This document shows positions 37,594 to 46,163 of a DNA stretch of 64,000 nucleotides, in pieces. Both the position numbers and the translations under genes were made by a program. A model generated the notes under the pieces. That model ran no database searches. It was not told the origin of the DNA and was given only the letters and a program-made list of their open reading frames with translations. The DNA is from Syntrophorhabdales bacterium (GTDB lineage: Bacteria; Desulfobacterota; Syntrophorhabdia; Syntrophorhabdales; WCHB1-27), in the NCBI GenBank assembly GCA_035315185.1, contig DATFYE010000101.1:115-64114 (forward strand), given 5' to 3'. How positions within the stretch are numbered: position 1 is the stretch's first letter; each line of letters begins with the position of its first letter.

Positions 37594-38967
37594 ATGAGAC
37601 TCTTATTGGTTGCACCTTCCAACAAGTTGGGGAGAAAAGTGCTTAAAGCCATTAGGATGCCCCAATTGGGTCTCCATATTCTGGCCTCACTGACGCCGGA
37701 CGATGTTGACATCACCGTTATGGATGAACAAATCAAAGAGATAGATTATTCTTTGCACTTCGACCTGGTTGGGATTTCGTGCATGACTGCAACGGCCAAT
37801 AGAAGCTATTACTTGGCCGATACGTATAGACAAAAAGGTTCCAAAGTCGTTCTCGGCGGAATTCATCCCACCATTTTACCGGAAGAAGCCATACAGCACG
37901 CCGATGCCGTGGTCATCGGAGAGGCAGAAGGCTGCTGGGCAGACGTCATCGCCGATTTCAGAAAGAATAAACTCGGGAGATTCTATCATGTCCCCGCCCC
38001 CGATCTCTCAAAGTATCCTTTACCACGGAGAGATTTTCAGATTGACAAGACGCTCTTTAATTGTGTGGGGCTGGCGACGACCAGAGGGTGCCCGTACGCC
38101 TGTGAATTCTGTTCGGTGACCGATTTCTATGGCGGGAAAATCAGGCATAGACCGGTTTCCATAGTTGTCGAGGATATCAAGCAGTCCGGCTCAAAGGCGT
38201 TTTTGATCCTGGACGATAACGTCACCGGGCACCCGCAATATTCCAAAGAATTATTTGAAGCGCTGATATCGCTGGGCATCAAATGGGTGGGACAAAGCTC
38301 CCTATCCCTGGCGAAAGATAAGGAGATGCTGAGATTGTGTCGCCAGTCCGGCTGCGCGGCCTTATTCTTCGGGGTTGAGTCTGTATCGCCCGCAAGCCTG
38401 ATCGGCATGAAAAAATCACTCAAATCTATAGAAGAGACTGAGGATGCCATTAAGATTATCCAGGATCATGGTATCGCCTTCCACCCCTCCATTATTCTGG
38501 GATTTGATACGGACACGAAAGCCATTTTCGATGATACCCTGGAGTTTTTGGCGAGGACCAGGCTTCCCACGATGGCCTTAAACGTCCTGACGCCTTATCC
38601 CGGAACACGACTATACCAGCGTTTCAACGATCAGGGACGAATCATATCCCACGACTGGAGCCATTACGACCATCATACCGTCGTATTTCAACCGAAGAAC
38701 ATGACTCCCCAGGAGCTTGCCGAAGGACAGCGTTATGTCCAAAGCGAGTTTTATTCTTTCTCTTCGATCCTTCGGCATATTCCCTCTCTTTTGAGGGTGT
38801 CTCCTGTAAACCTCAGGCGGGCTTTGATTTTACTGTTAGTTAATTTCGCCGGTAAACACGTTGCGAAATACATCGACACTTCCCTTGATTGGGCTGTTAG
38901 CAAGGAACAGTGGAATCTGCAGGACGTCCAGCCAGACGATATGCCAAAAGAATATGCCATCCGGTAA
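37594..38967 (+). CDS. B12-binding domain radical SAM protein
   Basis: FDLVGISCMT, VVLGGIHPT, TRGCPYACEFCS. Clear paralog of 14070..15425. ATG 37594 is preferred over the TTG at 37546, which lies inside the repeat region. Confidence 0.9.
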   Translation: MRLLLVAPSNKLGRKVLKAIRMPQLGLHILASLTPDDVDITVMDEQIKEIDYSLHFDLVGISCMTATANRSYYLADTYRQKGSKVVLGGIHPTILPEEAIQHADAVVIGEAEGCWADVIADFRKNKLGRFYHVPAPDLSKYPLPRRDFQIDKTLFNCVGLATTRGCPYACEFCSVTDFYGGKIRHRPVSIVVEDIKQSGSKAFLILDDNVTGHPQYSKELFEALISLGIKWVGQSSLSLAKDKEMLRLCRQSGCAALFFGVESVSPASLIGMKKSLKSIEETEDAIKIIQDHGIAFHPSIILGFDTDTKAIFDDTLEFLARTRLPTMALNVLTPYPGTRLYQRFNDQGRIISHDWSHYDHHTVVFQPKNMTPQELAEGQRYVQSEFYSFSSILRHIPSLLRVSPVNLRRALILLLVNFAGKHVAKYIDTSLDWAVSKEQWNLQDVQPDDMPKEYAIR

Positions 38968-39099
38968 GAAAAAAGAAACAGACGGAAAGCGTGCCCGCGC
39001 AATAACCTCTGAATAGTGGTATATTTATGTAAAGTGATTCTCCATGCCATTGAAGATGCCACCGACGTGGAGTAGACAGATAAAATGAGGTAAAGAGTT

Positions 39100-41088
39100 A
39101 TGAAAAACCTTACAGCGTTGAAAGCTTCCGAAACCCGGTACCGGAGACTCTTCGAAACAGCCCAGGACGGGATCCTGATCCTCGACGCAGAAACGGGACA
39201 GATAGATGACGTGAACCCGTTCCTGATAGATATGCTGGGCTATACCTACAAAGATTTCCAGGGAAAGAAGCTCTGGGAGATAGGTGAATTCAAAGACATC
39301 CAGGCAAGTAAAGAGGCGTTCAGGGAATTGCAGGATAGAGGGTATGTGCGTTACGACGATTTGCCGCTGGAAACAAAAAAGGGGCGGAACATCAGGGTGG
39401 AGTTTGTGAGCAATACCTATCAGGTTAACCATCACAAAGTTATCCAGTGCAATATTCGGGATATCACCAATCGAAAACATGTGGACCATGAAGTTCGGGA
39501 AGCCCACTCCTACGCCGAAGCGATGATCGACACGGTGCGCGAACCCCTTCTGGTTTTGGATGAACACCTGAAGGTGCTCTCCGCCAGCCGCAGTTTCTAT
39601 GATACCTTCAGGGTAGCTCCCGGCGAGACTGTGGGAAACTTTATCTACGACCTCGGAAACGGACAGTGGAGTATCCCCCGGCTCCGGAAATTGCTTCGGG
39701 ACATCCTTAAAAATACCAAACTCGATAACTATGAGGTTGACCACCTGTTCCCGACTATCGGCCACAAATTCATGCGTCTCAATGCACGGCGCATTTACAA
39801 GGAAAACGTCGGCACAAAGATGATCCTCCTTGCCATTGAAGATGTCACGGACTTGAAGCAGAGAGATGAAGCATTGAAAGCTTCTGAAACCCGGTACCGG
39901 AGACTCTTCGAAACAGCCCAGGACGGGATCCTGATCCTCGACACAGAAACGGGGCAGATAGATGACGTGAACCCATTCCTCGTAGATATGTTGGGCTATG
40001 CATACAAAGATTTCCTGGGAAAGAAGCTCTGGGAGCTCGGTGCGTTCAAAAACATCGAGGCAAGCAAGGTGGCGTTTACGAAACTACAGCGCAAAGGGTA
40101 TGTGCGTTACGACGATTTGCCGCTCACCACAAAAGACGGACGGGAGATTGACGTAGAATTTGTCAGCAATGTTTATCAGGTTAACCATCACAAAGTCATC
40201 CAGTGCAATGTCCGCGACACTACCGACAGAAAACGGGCTGAAGAAGAACTCCGGAAGGCACACGATGAACTGGAAAGACGGGTAACAGAGCGGACCGCTC
40301 AACTGTCTGAATCGAACAGGCTGCTCAGGCAGGAAATCGCTGCACGTAAAATCGTTGAAGAACAACTGGAGGACTCCCGGGAACGACTGCGCTACCTCAG
40401 CACCCATTTGCGGAAGGTAAGAGAACAGGAAAGGACGTCTCTCTCGCGCGAACTCCACGACGAATTGGGGCAGGTCCTAACCGGCATAAAAATGGATGTC
40501 GCATGGATAGGAAGAAAAACACCGGAAGACAATACACTGATCGTTGAAAGAGTGAATTCGTTACTCACGCGTCTTGATGATGCCATCCTTTCCGTTCAGA
40601 GAATTTCGATGGCATTGAGGCCGCCGGCCCTGGATGATTTTGGCCTGCAGGAAGCGATGAAGCTGGCAGCGGAAGATTTCGAAAAGAGGACAAAGGTTGC
40701 CTGCGAAATTATTTCAAAGCCACAGAAGATACTCCTCGAAGGGGAAATTTCTACAGAGGCCTTTCGTATTTTTCAGGAAGCGCTTACCAACATCGCCCGG
40801 CATGCAGGCGCGCAGAAGGTCACCGTATCCTTGCGACACGCAGGAGATACGTTCAGTATGGAAGTCAGAGATAACGGGAGGGGCATTACAAAAAAAGAGA
40901 TCAGAGATCCGAAGTCTATCGGATTAACGGGCATGCGCGAACGAGCGTTTGCCATAGGGGGAACTCTGACCGTTACCGGCACGCGGGGAAAAGGGACGAC
41001 CGTTACCTTGAGCGTTCCGCTCAGTGAAGGGAAAGAAGAGCCTGACATACGAAAGCGTCGCCCGAAGAAACCGCCGAAGAAGGGATGA
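39100..41088 (+). CDS. multi-PAS sensor histidine kinase (HisKA_3/NarX-type)
   Basis: Three PAS-like modules and a coiled coil. H-box SRELHDELGQ. HATPase_c N and G boxes (EALTNIARHA, DNGRGI, GLTGMRERA). Confidence 0.9.
   Translation: MKNLTALKASETRYRRLFETAQDGILILDAETGQIDDVNPFLIDMLGYTYKDFQGKKLWEIGEFKDIQASKEAFRELQDRGYVRYDDLPLETKKGRNIRVEFVSNTYQVNHHKVIQCNIRDITNRKHVDHEVREAHSYAEAMIDTVREPLLVLDEHLKVLSASRSFYDTFRVAPGETVGNFIYDLGNGQWSIPRLRKLLRDILKNTKLDNYEVDHLFPTIGHKFMRLNARRIYKENVGTKMILLAIEDVTDLKQRDEALKASETRYRRLFETAQDGILILDTETGQIDDVNPFLVDMLGYAYKDFLGKKLWELGAFKNIEASKVAFTKLQRKGYVRYDDLPLTTKDGREIDVEFVSNVYQVNHHKVIQCNVRDTTDRKRAEEELRKAHDELERRVTERTAQLSESNRLLRQEIAARKIVEEQLEDSRERLRYLSTHLRKVREQERTSLSRELHDELGQVLTGIKMDVAWIGRKTPEDNTLIVERVNSLLTRLDDAILSVQRISMALRPPALDDFGLQEAMKLAAEDFEKRTKVACEIISKPQKILLEGEISTEAFRIFQEALTNIARHAGAQKVTVSLRHAGDTFSMEVRDNGRGITKKEIRDPKSIGLTGMRERAFAIGGTLTVTGTRGKGTTVTLSVPLSEGKEEPDIRKRRPKKPPKKG
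39118..39480 (+). repeat. PAS module duplication, copy 1
   Basis: Encodes LKASETRYRRLFETAQDGILILDAETGQIDDVNPFL...HHKVIQCNIRD. Near-identical to 39874..40236. Confidence 0.85.
39874..40236 (+). repeat. PAS module duplication, copy 2
   Basis: About 10 mismatches in the first 160 or so aligned nt by hand count versus copy 1. Divergence is higher in the second half. Confidence 0.85.
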
Positions 41089-41091
41089 TCG

Positions 41092-41724
41092 ATGCTTCGT
41101 GTCGTTATTGCCGATGACCACCCGGTCGTGCTCAAAGGCCTGAAAGAGATTCTTTCGGAAGGCTTCGACAAGGTGCTACTTGATGAAACCACCACGGGTT
41201 ATGAGCTTCTACAGAATGTTCAGAAAAATCAGTACGATTTGGTCCTTCTCGATATTTCTCTTCCTGACATAAATGGGCTGGAAGTCCTTAAAGAAATTAA
41301 AAAGAAAAAACCGAAACTCCCCGTCCTTATCATAAGCATGTATCCCGAAGAGCAATACGCACTCCGTGCCATGAAGGCCGGGGCACAGGGTTATCTCACA
41401 AAACGCAGTGCATCGGATGAGCTGGTGCTGGCGGTACGTAAAATTTTGTCCGGCAAGAGATATATCAGCCCGGCATTTGCCGAAAAGATGCTGTATGACT
41501 TCGAGTCGAATGCAGAAAAACCTCCTCACGAACGACTCTCCGATCGAGAGCTTCAGGTGCTCGGTATGATCGGCGGAGGAAAGGCAGTGAATCAAATCGC
41601 AGAAGAGCTCCACGTGAGTGCAAACACCGTAAGGACCTATCGGACCCGCATTTTGGAAAAGATCGGTGTGAAAGGAACCAGCGAATTGATTCATTATGCC
41701 GTCACGCACAGCCTGGCAGAATAA
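41092..41724 (+). CDS. NarL/LuxR-family response regulator
   Basis: REC domain (VVIADDH, DLVLLDISLPD, K in the KAGAQGYL region). C-terminal LuxR HTH (LSDRELQVL..IAEELHVSANTVRTYR). Confidence 0.9.
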   Translation: MLRVVIADDHPVVLKGLKEILSEGFDKVLLDETTTGYELLQNVQKNQYDLVLLDISLPDINGLEVLKEIKKKKPKLPVLIISMYPEEQYALRAMKAGAQGYLTKRSASDELVLAVRKILSGKRYISPAFAEKMLYDFESNAEKPPHERLSDRELQVLGMIGGGKAVNQIAEELHVSANTVRTYRTRILEKIGVKGTSELIHYAVTHSLAE

Positions 41725-41848
41725 AAAGAGCCTTTCAGTAAGACAATCACTCATGTTCCGCATTTTTATTAAAAGCTTACCGTGTTCAAGAGCCTTACAC
41801 GGCGAACAACAGTGCATATAATTTAGATAAGTAATTGTCCGTCACGGA

Positions 41849-43291
41849 GTGAAAGCCATGAGAGCAAAACGAAAAAAGAGTCTGATGATCGCGGGCGGTG
41901 TTGTCGTCCTGATCGTAATCGCTGCGCTTGTGGCTGTCCTCCTATTCGATATCAATTCCTACAAGTCGAAGATCGAAACCGCTGCCTCCGGGGCGACCGG
42001 CCTGGATGTCAGAATCAAGGGGAGGATGGGACTCTCTTTCTTTCCCTTTGGTGTATCGGCGAAGGATATCCATGTTGCCAACAAGGGGGCAGAAATCCTC
42101 TCCCTTGAACGCCTCAAACTGCGGGTGGAGTTGATGTCCCTGCTGAAGAAGCAACTCAACGTGACCGGTTGCGAGCTTGTCAGGCCGGCCGTCGCGATCG
42201 TGAAGGACGCTGAGGGGAAATACAATTTCGAAAGTACTCAAAAAATATCGACTGAAGGGTGGCTGGGAACAGCTTCCGGTTTGCATGAGCTCAAGCTGTC
42301 TAAGGGGGCGCTTGTCTATCTTGACAAGAAGACGGGTGTAAAAACCGAGTTGAAAGAAATCAATCTGGCTATCGGGGATCTATCGGTAGGGGATACCTCA
42401 GGTGACATTATCAAAAACGTCTCATTCACGGGAAGCTTCGACTGCAAGGAGTTACTGCAAAAGGATCTCAGGATCGAGAACCTCAAGGCTCCCGTGAAGG
42501 CGGACAAAGGAGTATTCTCCCTCAAACCCCTTACCATGGACGTCTTCGACGCGAAGGGTGAAGGAGATCTCACGGCAGACGAGTCTGCTTCCGACATTGC
42601 GTATAAACTCAACGTGAAGGTGTCAAACCTAGACTTCGAAAAACTTGAGGAGTTCTTCGGCACAAAGAAAGTGATCGGCGGGAAGGGTGAACTCTCTGCC
42701 TCCCTGACGGTGAAAGAAAAGGGAGGGCGTATTCTGATGAGCAACCTGGACGGTACGTTCGCTCTCCGGGGCGATGATCTCGTCACGTATACTATGGACC
42801 TCGACAAAGTCCTCACAAAGTATGAAACGAGCCAGAAGTTCCACCTCGCCGACGTGGTCGCTTTCTTCTTCGTCGGTCCTCTTGGTACGGTTGCGCTCAA
42901 GGGGTACCGCTACGGGGACTTTTACTACCAGGCCCAGGGAGGACAGGGCGCCATCACCCAGTTTATCTCCCACTGGAAGATACAGAACGGTGAGGCCGAG
43001 GCTGCGGACTGCGCCCTCGCGACGCACCATAATCGAGTTGCTCTTATTGGCAAGCTCAATCTTGTCAGCGAGCGATTCGACCATGTAACCGTGGCGCTTC
43101 TCGATGACAAGGGATGCCCAACCTTCAAACAAACCATCAACGGTTCCTTTGACAGTCCCCGTGCGGGCACCGTGACCGGGGTCGAGTCTCTTGCCGGCCC
43201 ATTTTTTGATCTTTACAGGAAGGCAAAACGTTTTGCTCAGGCCGGCAAATGCGAGGTCTTCTATAACGGTGCCGTGCAGCAACCCCGCTGA
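41849..43291 (+). CDS. AsmA family protein
   Basis: N-terminal TM anchor followed by FDINSYKSKIETAASGATGLDVRIKG, typical of AsmA. The start could be GTG 41849 or ATG 41858. Confidence 0.7.
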   Translation: MKAMRAKRKKSLMIAGGVVVLIVIAALVAVLLFDINSYKSKIETAASGATGLDVRIKGRMGLSFFPFGVSAKDIHVANKGAEILSLERLKLRVELMSLLKKQLNVTGCELVRPAVAIVKDAEGKYNFESTQKISTEGWLGTASGLHELKLSKGALVYLDKKTGVKTELKEINLAIGDLSVGDTSGDIIKNVSFTGSFDCKELLQKDLRIENLKAPVKADKGVFSLKPLTMDVFDAKGEGDLTADESASDIAYKLNVKVSNLDFEKLEEFFGTKKVIGGKGELSASLTVKEKGGRILMSNLDGTFALRGDDLVTYTMDLDKVLTKYETSQKFHLADVVAFFFVGPLGTVALKGYRYGDFYYQAQGGQGAITQFISHWKIQNGEAEAADCALATHHNRVALIGKLNLVSERFDHVTVALLDDKGCPTFKQTINGSFDSPRAGTVTGVESLAGPFFDLYRKAKRFAQAGKCEVFYNGAVQQPR

Positions 43292-43407
43292 CACGCATTC
43301 TCTTGTTTCCCTAACCTTTTCTTTTTCCACTATTTCAGCTTAGCAGTAATTATTATGCTTGTGTTGCGAATAACTATACATCCTTAAGGTGAGAAAACGT
43401 TTCCGAT

Positions 43408-43474
43408 GCAATTCGGGTAGCAAGAATGATGACATGAAGATTGTTGTTTATGGGACAGACAGAGAACATACAGC
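43408..43474 (+). repeat. stress-leader element copy E (internally deleted)
   Basis: GCAATTCGGGTAGCAAGAATGATGACA..ATTGTTGTTTATGGGACAGAC. It shares the 5' variant with copy D. About 105 nt upstream of ATG 43580. Confidence 0.55.
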
Positions 43475-43579
43475 CTGCTAGAATTCATAGTTACCATAAA
43501 CGGGTGGAGAGAACGAGCGCTCCCCTGAAACGCCTCTGCGTGTTGAGACGCAGAGAGTAAACTCATAAGGAGACAGATC

Positions 43580-44026
43580 ATGAAACGAAGTACCCGTCAG
43601 TTCATTGTTGCGGTGTCGATCCTTGCCTTTATCGTTCTCGTAGGTACCACTCTCTCGCTGGCAGCCTCTAAGGCACCGACTCCAAAGGTCGTTAGTGTCG
43701 AGGAACGTATCAAAACGCTTCATACCGCGCTCAATATCACCCCGGAACAGGAAGAGTTATGGAATAACGTCGCGCAGGTGATGCGGGACAATTCGAAGAC
43801 GATGGAGGCGCTCATCGCCGCACGGTCAGCAAAAGCAGGCACCACGAACGCGGTCGAAGATTTCAAGTCCTATGGCGAAATTACCCAGGCGCATGCAGAC
43901 GGCATCCAGAAATTCATCCCAGTCTTCGAGGCCCTCTACAACAACATGTCGGACGCCCAGAAGAAGAATGCCGACACCGTATTCGCACAACGCCACCAGG
44001 CGAAGTCAAAGGCCAAGGGCAAATGA
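43580..44026 (+). CDS. periplasmic Spy/CpxP-like (LTxxQ-type) protein
   Basis: Signal peptide. LNITPEQEELWNNV and later MSDAQKKNADTVF repeats resemble LTxxQ motifs. AAGGAGA RBS. Confidence 0.55.
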   Translation: MKRSTRQFIVAVSILAFIVLVGTTLSLAASKAPTPKVVSVEERIKTLHTALNITPEQEELWNNVAQVMRDNSKTMEALIAARSAKAGTTNAVEDFKSYGEITQAHADGIQKFIPVFEALYNNMSDAQKKNADTVFAQRHQAKSKAKGK

Positions 44027-44061
44027 CCGCGACTGCCACAACGTAAGAACGGGAGGACACT

Positions 44062-44334
44062 ATGAAAATCAAGAGTTTTAGTTCAATGGTCGGCAAGATC
44101 GCGATGGCGCTCGTCTTCGCCTCAGCGATCGGCGGTATGTTCATCGCGCCGGCGTTCGGCAGAGATAACGATAGACGCGGAGGGCATGAGGAGCGCGGCC
44201 GGTACGAGCACGGTCGTCGTGTGTATCACCCCCGTACCTACTACGGGGCACCTGTCTATGCGCCACCACCGGTCGTCTATGCCCCGGCTCCGTCACCGGG
44301 CATCAGCCTCGTCTTCCCCATCCATATACGGTAG
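44062..44334 (+). CDS. small secreted Arg/His/Tyr/Pro-rich protein
   Basis: GGGAGGA RBS and a signal peptide. Low-complexity RGGHEERGRYEHGRRVYHPRTYYGAPVYAPPPVVYAP. Confidence 0.5.
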   Translation: MKIKSFSSMVGKIAMALVFASAIGGMFIAPAFGRDNDRRGGHEERGRYEHGRRVYHPRTYYGAPVYAPPPVVYAPAPSPGISLVFPIHIR

Positions 44335-44379
44335 GGAATACGCAGCCGTAGGCCGCTTGAGGGCTCGGGGCCTCGGTAC
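44298..44379 (+). repeat. 80-nt repeat, copy 1 (overlaps the 3' end of 44062..44334)
   Basis: GGGCATCAGCCTCGTCTTCCCCATCCATATACGGTAGGGAATACGCAGCCGTAGGCCGCTTGAGGGCTCGGGGCCTCGGTAC. Confidence 0.75.
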
Positions 44380-44484
44380 CCCACGACGTCCCCTGGATGC
44401 ACGGGCTTCACCATGAAGGACCTGTGTGTGGTCGTCTTACCGAAACAGGTATGCAGAACAAGACCCGAAAAGGAGGTACAAACC

Positions 44485-45132
44485 ATGCATCATAAAGCCT
44501 TGTTGTTCACTACCCTTATGTTTCTTCTTATCATGGCCCCTGTTTTTTCTCCGGCCTCAAGAGCCCAGGCCGCCCGAGAACCATCCGTCAAAGCCGATGA
44601 GCCGGGATCTCACTTCCAAAAAGCCGTTGAGCTCTTCGTAAAGAAAGACTTGAAAGCAGCTGCATCCGAGATTCGAAAAGGGGCAGGATTTCTCAAGCGG
44701 AAAGCAAAGAGCGCCACAAAGGAGGGCAAGGAAGGCCTCAGTGCGTCGGCTCAGGAACTAGAGAAATTGGCTAAGGACGTCGAAAGAGGGGGCGTGACCT
44801 CTGAGAAGCAACTCAAGGATACCTTCGCGAGATCATACGAAGCCTTATCGAATCACGAATACCGGAGGGCTTCTGAATCCTGGGCTAAGAAAAAGACACG
44901 AGAGACCGGCCAAGCTCTCACGAATGCAGCGGCCGACATGGAGCAGGCTGCAAAGTGGTCTGGCCGCGAGCTGGAAACAGGCACGGCAGATACCATAGAC
45001 TACGCACGTGCGGTTGGCGGTAAACTCATAAAGGGAGCCGGCTGGACCGCGGATGAGGTGGACAAGGGTATCAAAGGAATAAGCAGCGCACTTTCAAAGT
45101 TTGGAGAAAAGGTGGAGCCCAAAGATAAGTAA
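44485..45132 (+). CDS. secreted helical Lys/Glu/Ala-rich protein (hypothetical)
   Basis: AAAGGAGG RBS before ATG 44485. Signal peptide ending SRAQA. The ORF-track N-terminal extension was discarded. Confidence 0.5.
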   Translation: MHHKALLFTTLMFLLIMAPVFSPASRAQAAREPSVKADEPGSHFQKAVELFVKKDLKAAASEIRKGAGFLKRKAKSATKEGKEGLSASAQELEKLAKDVERGGVTSEKQLKDTFARSYEALSNHEYRRASESWAKKKTRETGQALTNAAADMEQAAKWSGRELETGTADTIDYARAVGGKLIKGAGWTADEVDKGIKGISSALSKFGEKVEPKDK

Positions 45133-45170
45133 TGAGCGCTGGTATGCCGGGCTTTGTTGTGTTAATCGTC

Positions 45171-45250
45171 GGGCATCAGTCTCGTCTACCCCATCCACAT
45201 TCGATAGGGAATCCTCAGCGTCGACCGCTCGAGTGCTCAGGGCTCGGTAC
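45171..45250 (+). repeat. 80-nt repeat, copy 2
   Basis: GGGCATCAGTCTCGTCTACCCCATCCACATTCGATAGGGAATCCTCAGCGTCGACCGCTCGAGTGCTCAGGGCTCGGTAC. In one frame it reads SGISLVYPIHIR-stop, against PGISLVFPIHIR-stop in copy 1. Confidence 0.75.
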
Positions 45251-45336
45251 TCTCAGACAGAGCCGAAGCCCCTTGCTTACGTATGGGTGGGTCATATATT
45301 CGTATGCCAGGTGACAAACAAAAGAAAGGAGAGGGG

Positions 45337-46155
45337 ATGACTTCCCTCGACCGTATACATAGCTCGAACCCACTGATAACCGTGCTTACACTCATCGGCC
45401 GGGGGACCTTCCGTCTTCTCGGCAATTTCGGTGCAATGGCCATTTTCTTTTCCCTGGCCTTCATCAACATCTTCCGAAGAAAGCAACTCCGGGAGATCGT
45501 AAAGCAGGTATATTATATCGGCGCCACATCGTCCTTGATCGTAATGCTGGTGGGCCTTTTCACCGGTATGGTGCTCGGATTGCAGCTTTTCTACACCCTG
45601 GTAAAGTTTGGCTCTGTAGGGGCTCTCGGGTCTGCCGTATCCCTCTCCCTTGTCAGGGAAATGGGGCCGGTCCTCGCCGCCATTATGATCACTGCCCGCG
45701 CCGGCTCCGGCATGGCCGCGGAGATCGGGATCCTTCGCATCTCGGAGCAGGTCGATGCCCTCTACGCAATGAGGGTCGATCCCGTACGGTACCTTATCAG
45801 CCCGCGGATCGCTGCCTCAATCATCAGCTTTCCCTTGCTCACCGCCTTTTTTGACCTGATCGGGATCATCGGAGGGTATCTCACCGGTGTCCTGCTGTTG
45901 GGAACAAATGGAGGCACGTACTTTTATCGTGTGCACTCTTCCCTGAATATGGTGGACGTCAGAGGAGGTTTCATCAAAGCCCTGGTTTTTGCCGCAATCG
46001 TCTCCTGCGTCTGCTGCTTCCAGGGGTATTTCTGCCATATGCGGACCGGCGGTTACGGAGCCAAGGCCGTCGGCCTTGCTACCATCTCGGCAGTCGTGCT
46101 CTCGTGTGTGATGATCCTCATTGCAGATTACGTCTTAACGTCGTTTCTCATGTAG
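45337..46155 (+). CDS. mlaE: MlaE-family ABC permease
   Basis: Pattern REMGPVLAAIMITARAGSGMAAEIG.LRISEQVDAL is typical of MlaE/Ttg2B. GGAGAGGGG RBS before ATG 45337. Confidence 0.88.
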   Translation: MTSLDRIHSSNPLITVLTLIGRGTFRLLGNFGAMAIFFSLAFINIFRRKQLREIVKQVYYIGATSSLIVMLVGLFTGMVLGLQLFYTLVKFGSVGALGSAVSLSLVREMGPVLAAIMITARAGSGMAAEIGILRISEQVDALYAMRVDPVRYLISPRIAASIISFPLLTAFFDLIGIIGGYLTGVLLLGTNGGTYFYRVHSSLNMVDVRGGFIKALVFAAIVSCVCCFQGYFCHMRTGGYGAKAVGLATISAVVLSCVMILIADYVLTSFLM

Positions 46156-46163
46156 GCCCGGCG

